DNA of 64,000 bases from Macrostomum lignano. Lineage: Eukaryota. Position 1 is the stretch's first letter. Each line of letters starts with the position of its first letter. The position numbers were made by a program, and so were the translations under genes. Below are positions 35,801-44,481 of the stretch, piece by piece. The notes under the pieces were generated by a model. The model ran no database searches, had not been told where the DNA came from, and saw nothing but the letters and a program-made list of their open reading frames with translations. The stretch spans positions 186,001 through 250,000 of the forward strand of contig NIVC01000084.1 of the NCBI GenBank assembly GCA_002269645.1. Direction: 5' to 3'.

Positions 35801-37518
35801 CCTTTGAACTTTAAGTTAGCGCCTTGGACTCGTTTGAAGACTTCCTCCATATGTCGAAGATGGTCGTCGAATTTCTTGGAATACACGATGACGTCATCCA
35901 AATAGGCTATGGCACTTTTGTAGGCTATCCCTTGAAGTACAGCGTTCATGAGGCGCATGAAGCTGGCTGGTGCTGAACTTAATCCCATCGGCATAACATT
36001 GTAGGCAAATTGCCCTCTGTGCAGCGTAGCAAAGGCTGTCAGATCTTGGTCTTCTGGACGCAGAGGTATCTGATAATAACCGCTATTCAAGTCGAAGGTG
36101 CTAAATAGTTGACTTCCTTCGAGGCTGGCGAATGCTTCTTGGATATTCGGTATCGGGTACGGAAAGTACTCACACTTCTGGTTCAGACTCCGGAAATCTT
36201 GTACAATTCTCAGGCTTCCGTCCTTCTTTGGGATGATCACGAGCGGGGTGTTGTAATTCGAGAAGCTTGGTCGGATCACGCCTTTGGCAAGCAGATCATC
36301 TAGTAGCTGGTCCACTTTGGGCAACAGGTGCGGCGGAATCCGTCGGGTCGGCAGGTGTACAGGATCCTTATCCTTCAGTACGATGTTGTGGGTGACCAGG
36401 TGAGTTCGACCTAGATCGTGCGGTCCTTGGGAGAAGATGTTCTTGTACTTCTTCAGCAGCTTAATTACTTGAGCGCGCTGGTCACTGGACAAGTCCTCGC
36501 CGATATCGACCTCTTTAATCCAAGCATCCGGATCTTCATCCTGAATCTGTTTGACAGAGACTTCTGGCTGTGGAAGCGGGTAGAATTGCAGTTCTGGCAG
36601 TCTAAGTGGTCTCGCAATCCCGATAAGTGCATTCGCTCGTACTTTAATAGATGTTGTACCGCGATTAATCATTTCGATTGCACCTTCACCATTGACCATA
36701 GATATTAGCGCAGGCGCAGCGTCCAGGTGCTGCACCTCGTCTTCGCGTCTGGCTGGTTTCAGCGGCTCGATAACTGCCGGTGTTCCTTGATTGTCTTCAC
36801 GCCCTTTAGCTAGCTTAATTCTAATTCGGGCCGATGATAATGGTGGCACTGTGGTGCTTTCGGCCGTGTAGATTCTGCACGTGGTAGCTTCAGCTCGCGT
36901 GTAGCGGAGTGGGGCGGCTGTGCCGTTCTTGAAAAACAGCATCCCGGCTGCGAGGTCGAGGGAGTTGCTGTGCTTCTCCAGGAACTCGAAACCCAGGATG
37001 TTATCATGAGATCCTTGTGCTAGCAGAAAATTGACTGTCGACTCGAAGTTGCCGATCTTCATCTTGATCGCAAGCTGTCCTGCCATCTTGATTGGTTCAC
37101 CATTGTAGGTCACGATTCGCTCTAGACAGGGCTTGATTTGTCCACGCAGAGAGGGGTCGTCGATGCAGAGTCGGTGCCAAGTGCTGAATCCGAGGACCTC
37201 GCACTTAGAGCCAGTATCAAGCAAGAAAGCAAAATAACGCCCATTAATCTCACCAGTTATAAACGGGTCTCTCCGAGGGCGCTTGGGTGCAGAGTTCTGT
37301 ACAGGTGCGGAGGCGGTCTCAGCAGTAGCCTGCTGAGCGACTAAAGTCCGCGGCGGGGACTTTAGTGCTGGCTCGGCCGCTGGATGGCGCTGCCCCGATG
37401 GCGCGTCCAGCCGTCGCGTTTCCCGAGCTGCTGCTGCGCTGGGGCGCGTTGCTGGCCGACCGTCGATGCGGGCACTCTTCAGCGCGATGCTCCCGGTTGC
37501 ACCTGTAGCACATTGCAC
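32845..37518 (-). CDS. pol: Gypsy Pol polyprotein (protease, RT, RNase H, integrase), intact
   Basis: LLDTGS protease; YLDDVIVYS RT; DTDAS..IGACLSQ / TDHAAL / NADGLSR RNase H; HHCC and D,D35E integrase; degenerate GPY/F module. One uninterrupted frame; true N-terminus presumably reached by frameshift from gag. Confidence 0.97.
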   Translation of the reverse strand: MQCATGATGSIALKSARIDGRPATRPSAAAARETRRLDAPSGQRHPAAEPALKSPPRTLVAQQATAETASAPVQNSAPKRPRRDPFITGEINGRYFAFLLDTGSKCEVLGFSTWHRLCIDDPSLRGQIKPCLERIVTYNGEPIKMAGQLAIKMKIGNFESTVNFLLAQGSHDNILGFEFLEKHSNSLDLAAGMLFFKNGTAAPLRYTRAEATTCRIYTAESTTVPPLSSARIRIKLAKGREDNQGTPAVIEPLKPARREDEVQHLDAAPALISMVNGEGAIEMINRGTTSIKVRANALIGIARPLRLPELQFYPLPQPEVSVKQIQDEDPDAWIKEVDIGEDLSSDQRAQVIKLLKKYKNIFSQGPHDLGRTHLVTHNIVLKDKDPVHLPTRRIPPHLLPKVDQLLDDLLAKGVIRPSFSNYNTPLVIIPKKDGSLRIVQDFRSLNQKCEYFPYPIPNIQEAFASLEGSQLFSTFDLNSGYYQIPLRPEDQDLTAFATLHRGQFAYNVMPMGLSSAPASFMRLMNAVLQGIAYKSAIAYLDDVIVYSKKFDDHLRHMEEVFKRVQGANLKFKGKKCHLFRESLHYLGHLVTKDGIKTDPAKIEAIQTWPRPRTARQLKSFVCTCAYYAKFVPGYAELAAPLHDVIKEKKIRNFNCLWGKAQQDAFDQLKAAMTSTSVLAYPQFSEDPNVMFVLDTDASATRIGACLSQRQADGIERPIGYFSRRLKPAEARYPITKQELLAVVDGMRHFRFYLLAKKFICRTDHAALTWILRRTQQVGIFGRWLQRLSEFEFEIQHRKSSQHQNADGLSRRPEDDAECMEEAQREAADEDQSKQPAAITGAAAPKVLDSSHPSPPPSKKPSTRRNRRRPPTKPKESNGEATPPATPTADSRPLTELHPPATKPRPTASRYKDSQRSPTSLVNTTRCPARSRRLRAGEGEDSDHSATRDDRCQPARCPRFKKVRFSLDADSAASSFSSADESGLSDSDAEATDEDRPSDTSTTRRPAQVAIMRRELQTPNHVATAEAAPSNPTDRRRTLNLTDHIPRPVTREELQTHQRADSAISMVINLIESRQPKPPLNQRLNMTRDERNLLAFYEQLEVRDDGLLVIHLDDVGEEEIARIVLPKSLDATVLADLHGSPYCGHMGRDLTIAKVRERFWRPALAKAVSDYVASCQTCTQSKGRRRIPAHVQSFPVCEIYGRCAIDILGPTGDPTDRGNKYILTYVDTTSKYPFAFAMKNQRAKTIITLLQEQVFPITGIPAWIHSDQGKQFTGHEFRHFCEVYGIRQTTTPPYSPWANGQAESCNKNIKKVLTCLLEDHQQWDKMLPAALTALRSAVNRTTGFSPHYVVYGMPYRYPIDNTLDRLDVSADLPEYIAKHQRRLAETERIVRQRLRAEIQRREEYENRPKPVELQPGDLVCLANPKLELGELPKFHRPYKSMYKVVRKVGEVAYWIRPATARRGRPAEMLVHRNNIIKVPQMMADRPQEPPRQTERPMLPYESSNDSEADSADQHAQVQPTTAQPDLRGSQLFEPSLRHPEVLAEGDPDLPDVGMEVEL

Positions 37519-38767
37519 TCTGGCGTCTTAGCTGATAAGGCGGCGGTCTCGAACTCGGCTGCGGCGGCTGTTGCGGCTGCGGCCGCTGCTGCTGCTGCTG
37601 TCGCCGTCCTCCTGCCGGTGGCGTCCTTGGCGGCGGAATGCTGCCGTCCCGCGGTTGCTGAAGCTGATGGAACTGTTGATGCTGCACATTGCGTGTGCTG
37701 TTTGTCACAAATTGAGCGCTTCCTTCAGCGCTGCGGCGAGGAGTCATGGGTACCAGACATCGGTTGCGCTGGCCCCAGGAGTCCCGCGGCTGGTGGCGAG
37801 CAGGTTCATATGACTCCGGGGTGTCGTTATCTCGCGATCCCCGTGAGTAGAACTCACGCATCTCATTGCTCAGGGCTTCTAGTAGACGTCGCTGCTCCTG
37901 CAGTGTCTCTGTCTGTTGCTCCATCACTTCTCGCAACCAATTTTCCTCGGGCCGAGGTGACTTGTCGTGTTGCACTCCAGTTGGTGGCTGACAGTCGTCA
38001 TCCTCGAGAACCCGTACATGTCTCGCGGCCGGCGGCGGTGCTACTCGCTGAGCCAGGCTCGCTGCTGTCTCTAGGCGTAGCACTGCCCTTCTCGCTGCGG
38101 TTAGATTCTGCGGCCGTACCAGGATTAGCTGCTCTCTGGCTGACTGGGCGATTCGCACTCCGACCGTGAACTGGTCCACCAGTTCGGCCTGCTTCTGAAC
38201 TGGGGTGAAGTGCGGGAATGCTCTATCAGCCAGAGCAATTAATCGGTCACCGTAGTCGTCGACACTCTCGTTTTTTCCTTGCTGGCAGCATCGGAACTGC
38301 TCCCGGTACTCCAGCGTGTCGGCCACGTGCGTGAAGCGCTCGGACAACCTCTGCTTGAACTCGCCAAACGTCAGATTGTCCGGCAGTTCCATCCTGACGA
38401 CTGCGGGATATGTGGTGGCGATGTCCAGATTTACTAGGACTTCCGCCTTCTTTCGTCTGTCGTCCATGATCCCGTTGAGCTCACAACGCTCCTCGAGAGC
38501 CTGGATCCAGACGTTGAAATCCTGGTTTGGAGTGTACCGCTGAATCTTAACCGGTTTTGGCACTGGAGCTTGGTCCGGCTGTTGGGGCGGCTGGTACACG
38601 TGGTGATGGTGTTGTGGCTGACCCAAATTAGCCTGCTCCAGTCGTCGTCGCACCTCTTCGGTCACCGCGCGGATCATCTCGTCGTAGGTAGGTCTTGTAG
38701 ATGAATTGTCGGGGCCCGCGGCGTCGGTTGTCGCGTCCGCGGCCGTTGAGTTAGTAGTCGAAGCCAT
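37319..38767 (-). CDS. gag: Gypsy Gag with CX2CX3HX4C zinc knuckle
   Basis: First ATG after the PBS at 38767 (MASTTNS..); capsid-like core (F..W...Q..ESV.DY..RL..LA..AFP); CYRCNREHRAEEC. Confidence 0.9.
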   Translation of the reverse strand: MASTTNSTAADATTDAAGPDNSSTRPTYDEMIRAVTEEVRRRLEQANLGQPQHHHHVYQPPQQPDQAPVPKPVKIQRYTPNQDFNVWIQALEERCELNGIMDDRRKKAEVLVNLDIATTYPAVVRMELPDNLTFGEFKQRLSERFTHVADTLEYREQFRCCQQGKNESVDDYGDRLIALADRAFPHFTPVQKQAELVDQFTVGVRIAQSAREQLILVRPQNLTAARRAVLRLETAASLAQRVAPPPAARHVRVLEDDDCQPPTGVQHDKSPRPEENWLREVMEQQTETLQEQRRLLEALSNEMREFYSRGSRDNDTPESYEPARHQPRDSWGQRNRCLVPMTPRRSAEGSAQFVTNSTRNVQHQQFHQLQQPRDGSIPPPRTPPAGGRRQQQQQRPQPQQPPQPSSRPPPYQLRRQSAMCYRCNREHRAEECPHRRSASNAPQRSSSSGNATAGRAIGAAPSSGRASTKVPAADFSRSAGYC

Positions 38768-38813
38768 AACGTAGATTCTGAACGACTCGTCGAATGGGTT
38801 TTGGCGTTTCGTT

Positions 38814-38834
38814 ATCCCACTTAGCTGACCACCA
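38814..38834 (-). other. Primer-binding site, tRNA-Leu(CAA)-like with bulges
   Basis: TGGTGGTCAGCTAAGTGGGAT, 1 nt after the 5' LTR, versus the common gypsy Leu PBS TGGTGTCAGAAGTGGGAT. Confidence 0.75.
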
Positions 38835-38835
38835 G

Positions 38836-39824
38836 TGAGGTGGGGGTGGAGAAGAACTTTCTTAGAACGGTTGTTTTTTGAATTTGCTGACACCAGTGAG
38901 GTGGGGCGGATTCCTCGTTTGAATTGCCGCCGGCGTTGAGTTCGCACGAATAAAACCGGAAAACGCGCAGACGAATCACAACGAAATTTCTTCTCCTGTC
39001 TTACTCCGACAGCCGGGTTCTCAAGTCCGGGGGGAGGGTAGTTGTAATCGTAGTCGAGCGGTCGTATAGCGGCCCGGTCGTTCAGATCCGTAGACTCAAT
39101 TGGTCTTGACACCGTAAAGCTGCTTTTGAATTGTCGTACTGATTACTGTCAGTAGAGTAGCGCTGCCACCACCGTAATTTGATCCGTATTACGGAACGTT
39201 GGGATCTCAGAGCTCGCTTAAAGTTGAGATCGATTCGGTTGTTTAACGCCCCACGGGCAAATGACTCAAGATAACTGTTATGGGCTTCGATGCTTGAACA
39301 ACTTATTTTAATTATTACTGGGTTTATTTATTGAGCAGGCTGGGTTGCTGGTTAAATTAGAAAAGTTATTTGAAACAAAACCGACGGTGATCGCGGCCGG
39401 TGCCGGGTGCCAATTGCACTAACCAAGAAACTTAAAACACCAAACTACGTTAAACCAACAAAGAAAACAAAACCTAAAACAAAACCAAGAGGAAGAAAGG
39501 AAGGAAGGGAGGAGGAAGAAGAAGCATAATAACAGGCGGCCCGAATTGGCCATATAAATAGAGGGAGTGTCGCCCGGACAGGGATGGGGCAACAGATGGG
39601 GCAACAAGGCAAGGGATGGGGCAGAGAATGGGGCAAAAGATGGGGCAACGGACGGCAACAAAGCCGGGAACGGAGAAAAACAAAACTTAGAGCATCGGCA
39701 AAAGATGGGGCGAGGGATGGGGCATGGGACGGCGCACCGGGTGACAAAATACAACGAGTCATAGCGGTGATGTCACCCGTCTCACGAAACATTCTTGCTC
39801 GGAGTGGTAGCTCGCCCTACCACA
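38836..39824 (-). repeat. 5' LTR
   Basis: 989 bp, matches the 3' LTR; followed on the minus strand by the PBS and gag. Confidence 0.97.
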
Positions 39825-40694
39825 ATTGTAATTTAACTTTGTTCAACGTGATTACGACTCATGATGCAGGGAATCATCAATGATTCAATACAATAGTTTT
39901 TTTGGATCTAGCATGTTTAAACTTTAAGTCATCACTTTTCTGACTTTTTAAGGTTACAGAAATTATTCCTTCTAACTCTGCCTGTACCTGTAGTCTGTAC
40001 TAGTGGATTAGCGTAGCCTACTTGCTATATGTAGTATTTTTGTAGGCCTAGGTAGGCACTAGCAATTATAACATTGTATCAACTGCCAAAGTGATTGTCA
40101 AAATGTTTTTAACTTTAATTAATTAAACATATGTACAATTAAATTTATTGAATAATTTGAATGGAACATGGTGTCAATACAACGAAAATATAACTTAGGC
40201 CTAATTATTGTACTTAGGCCCATAATATATAGAACTTATTAATATTATTAATAATAATAATCAGCAAATCAGGCATGTCTCATTAGTAATTTATACAGGC
40301 TCTATATAACTTAGTTTTATTAATTGTAGCTTGCATACAATAGCTTGAATTGCATCTTTTTTATCTATTTATCTAGTTTAAACTTCCTTTTGTTCTTTTT
40401 TCTACCTTTTTGGCTGTCTTTTTATTTTTAGGCCTAATTGTATCTTCTTTATAGGCCTAAGTTTCTTATCCTACCTTAGGCCTAAGGTTCTTTTGCTAGG
40501 CCTATCTCTTGCCTTTTTATTTAGAGTTGGCATATTGAAATAAATTTTAAAATTTGCCTTGGTTTGGTAATAGGAAATACAACCTTGGGGTTCAGATCCA
40601 GATCCTAGGATCTTGTAATCCCAAGATTAGGCCCAAATCCTAGGATTCCAATTATCCCAGTTTGCAATAATTTAATCATTCATTCTCAAATAGT

Positions 40695-41800
40695 AGTATT
40701 CGGTTGTTGAAAAAGCTTTCGTGGTTTCTAAAATCTTTCTACAAACTGAGTTTTTTTTAATTTTCTTATTTACTTTAAAAAATGAAGTAATTGCCATCTA
40801 AATCAATCACCTTCTGCCATTTTTCAGACATAATGCTATCAGTGTAGAATTTATCAGGTTTTGAGGCAAAAACTCGTTGAGCCAGTTATCCAGGGCTTCC
40901 TTATCAGCAAAAGTTTTGCTTGTCAAGGCATTGGTCAGGGCCAAGAAAATATGGTAGTTGCTAGGTGCCAGGTCAGAGAATATGGAGGATAAGGCACCAG
41001 TTCCCAACCAAGGTCTAGTAACTTCTGGCAAATCATCTTGGCAGTGTGGGGATGGGTGTTATCATGCAGGAATCGGACCAGGCCATGATTTTGTCACTTC
41101 TTTGCGATGGTGGTGGCCAATCTGTCTAGCTGTTGATAGTACAGGTTGGCTATAATTGATGTTTTGGGTGGCAGCAGCTCATAGAGGATCACACCTTTGC
41201 AGTCCTACCAAATGCACAGTATGACCTTGTAAGAGTGGAGTCTGGCTTTAGGCTATGGCTCAGGGGTCATGTCAGCATCTACCCACGACTGTAGACACTT
41301 GATGTTCATATATAAGCACCATTTTTCAGTGCTAATAACAATTGACTTCAGCTAATTGTGTGTGTGCCAATAGGAGATAAGATTAGTGGCCACCTTTGCT
41401 TTGCATTTGCAGTCCTAGGGCCTAGTTGGACAATTAATGGGGTACCCATTGAGTCAACTTGTGCCCTTTGCCCAGTTGATGCAAGTAAGTGGTGATTATT
41501 TGATGGTCTATCCCAAGGAATTATGCCAACTTATGTGTGGTTTGTTGGGGGTCAGTCTCAATGAGTATATACAGGTGGTCATCATCCACTTCAGAAGGAT
41601 GCCCTGACTGGGGCAAATCTTTGAGGCTGAGATCTCCTTGGCGAAAGCAAGCAAACCAATCTTGCGCAGTGCTTTCAGACACAGTACCAGAACCAAATGC
41701 ACTATTATTGTGACAGCTCGATTTGGCTACTTCGATGCCAAATTTGAAATCATAGAGTAACAGACCACACATATATGGTCATGTAGTTGATCTGGCTTTG
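40695..41800 (-). pseudogene. Heavily degraded mariner transposon
   Basis: N-terminal LLYDFKFG..TVSESTAQDWF..GDLSLKDLPQSGHP and C-terminal SDLAPSNYHIFLAL..K.F...AL.NWL..F; TIR-like TATTCGGTTGTTGAAAAAG at ~40697. Confidence 0.8.
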
Positions 41801-42005
41801 ATAGCAACAATCATGAAAAGTAGTCTGTCAAGATTGCATCATGTAAACATAAACATAAACATTAAACATAATGTTATGTTTAATTATATACATATAGTAC
41901 TCATAGACTAATGTAATGATAATTCTAAAACTCTTCTGTGTTCTTTATTCTGTGCACAGAGCCTAAAGCAATAGAGGCCAATACTAGTATTCTGCAATAG
42001 CTATG

Positions 42006-42887
42006 CAGTGTGGGCACCAGTCTGTTAATAAGCGTTAATCTGTTAATAAGCATTAATAAGCGTTAAGATTTTTCATTAATGTTAACGGACTGTTGTTAAG
42101 ATTTTTTTGAACTAATGGATTAACGAATTTGCGTTAAAAATTTTGTGAATTAACGATAAATTCATCGTTAACGGTAGTGTCTATGTCAATGACCAAAGAC
42201 GCAAAGAAGGAACGAAAAATAGAAGTCTTACAAGAAGTTTAAACATTACAAATGTATTTGAGCTTACCTATATGCCTAAATATAATCTCTTTATTTATGA
42301 CGATGATCATACAGACGTACATGTAATTAACAACTTCTTACAAATAAACTTTAAAATAATGAATTAAAATAGTGTGAAACTTTATTTCTTGCGCATGAGC
42401 ATCGATCGCTTTGATTCACTTCTGTCCCAATCTTTCGCAACTTTCTGTTGCGCCTGCTAATGGTACTGAAACAACCTTCCTATGCGTATTTAATTATGAA
42501 TTTCTCGTTATTAGCTTTTAAGTTTCAAAACAAAATAAGTTACTTTTTTACCATATGCTTTACTTTTAGTAGTATTATGCATGCAAGTTTTTAAAATGAT
42601 TATTTATTACTTTTTTAGCTTTCAAATCGCTTAGATGACCTCTGTGTTTCGCTAAAAAGATGGAATAGCAAAGACGTGCATTACGAAGTCTGTTTTGGAA
42701 AAAATGTGCAAGATTTCCGTATTTTCTATGTTAACTTTAACGGATTAACGCTTATTAACAATTATCAGTTAACTTTCAGTTAACTTAACGAAATTAGGAG
42801 TTAAAAAGTTAAGATTTTTTTTGTTTTAACGTTAACGCTTTTGCTATTAACGGAAGTTAAGATTTTCATTAACGGTGCCCAACACTG
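42006..42887. mobile_element. hAT-family MITE (882 bp)
   Basis: TIR CAGTGT(T)GGGCACC at both ends; 8-bp TSD TAGCTATG (41998-42005, 42888-42895); subterminal GTTAA/TTAACG motifs; no coding capacity seen. Confidence 0.9.
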
Positions 42888-44481
42888 TAGCTATGGCTAC
42901 GGGATCTTACAGCAAATATGGTAAAACAAGTGCCTATGGCAACTATAGATATGTATATACAGTATATAGCTGCTCTTATGGAGCAGGTATTTCCATAGGA
43001 CTATGGAAATATAGTTATCACATTGTTATCATATTCCATAGATACCTGTAGCTGTAGTTATTAATTAAAAAAATAAAAAAATATTAGAAACAGGTAGAGT
43101 TAAAAAAAGATAATTTGGTAAACTATATTATAGACTTAGAAACTTATAGGTTATACTAATAAAGTACAATAAAACACTAGCAAACTCTAACTTTTATCAA
43201 TGTGAAAATGTTCTGCATTAGTAGTGATTAAGTATTGTTACTCTTTGTACAAAGATGAAATATAATCTTACAAAGGCAAATCAAGTGTTTGTCTTATTTT
43301 CTACCTTAATTTGCAGTTGTTTAAGCACCAGATTATCTTTTTTATTCAAAATATTTTGTTTCCTAGACTTTTTGTTAAAACTATGGCTATAGCTACGGGA
43401 GATATGGGAATATAGTACTATTAGGGTCCCTACAGTTACAGAATATAGAAAATTAGAATAAGCCATATTTTTGCTTATGGCTACGGCTATGGCCTATGGA
43501 CCCCCTTATAGTGGAACACGCTAATACCTCATTGTTTCCTATCAAAGCACTATAGCTTGCTAGATAGGAGTCAAATCATTGTTCATTTGAACTTTTCCTC
43601 TATCTCAAACCCAGCTAAATCAGGGAGTCTTGACCTTGCATAGATCAGAAGCCCCCTATGCAAAAGACCTTGTTCTCAGCATTGTTAGGACCACCCTTTA
43701 GATGCCCAGCATCGGGTTGGTGGCAGAACTATATATACTTTAAGCAGTCCATACCTTCAAAACTCCTTGGCTATAGTCAGGATTAGAACAGTGGGACCTT
43801 GCTATTGGACCACAACCCAAGCTACCAATTCTCCTTCTAGGGCGGGTGCCCCTGAGAGGGAATGTCTGATCCCCTTTTACCCTGGTGTCAGTACCTCAGG
43901 CCATAGCTCTGTAAGCTATCATTCTCCTATGCAGGTGATATCACCATCACAATCAAGTGTGATTTTCCTGTGCTGATACTGGTTCTACTATATTTTTTAA
44001 AACCCTTTAAAATCAGATTAGATAGTTTTGTAAACCAAAATTGCACCAACAATGATTAAAAACTATTTTTTAATTTTAATTTTAAACTTTCCCAAGAATC
44101 CTGGGATTTTCAAAGTCTGTGATATCCTGATCCCAAAAAATATAGGGATTGGCTTAACTTAGGATTTTGTATTCCCTATTTGTATCTCCACTGTATTGAT
44201 TATGATTAGGCCCCTTGATACATTAAAAGTGATTTAAGTTGGGACTATTTTAAATTCAATGACTAGATATAAAGTCTAATATTTTAGATTTTGCCAAAGA
44301 GAGAAAAACACAGAGGGAGGGAGAAGAGAGATACAGGAGGAAATACAAAAGGAGGAGAGAAAGGAAAGGAAATGAAAGAAAGAACGAACTAAGAAGAGAT
44401 ACAAACCTTAAGTAAACAGGATTGCCATTTGTCAGTTTAAAGTTTCAAAATGACCCAGTAGCCAGACATTCATCATTTCAG

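Larger units (their letters stand above)
29635..39824 (-). mobile_element. Full-length Ty3/Gypsy LTR retrotransposon (10,190 bp)
   Basis: Two 989-bp LTRs (TG...CA on the minus strand); ATTG TSD at 29631-34 and 39825-28; PBS; gag; PR-RT-RH-INT domain order. Confidence 0.97.

Noticed and set aside
32908-38543. Plus-strand ORFs antisense to gag/pol (e.g. 37384-38169, 261 aa)
   Set aside because: Expected shadow ORFs of GC-rich coding sequence; no motifs.
38768-39112. 115-aa N-terminal extension of Gag starting inside the 5' LTR
   Set aside because: Starts at GTG within the LTR and runs through the PBS; the first ATG after the PBS (38767) is the more plausible start.
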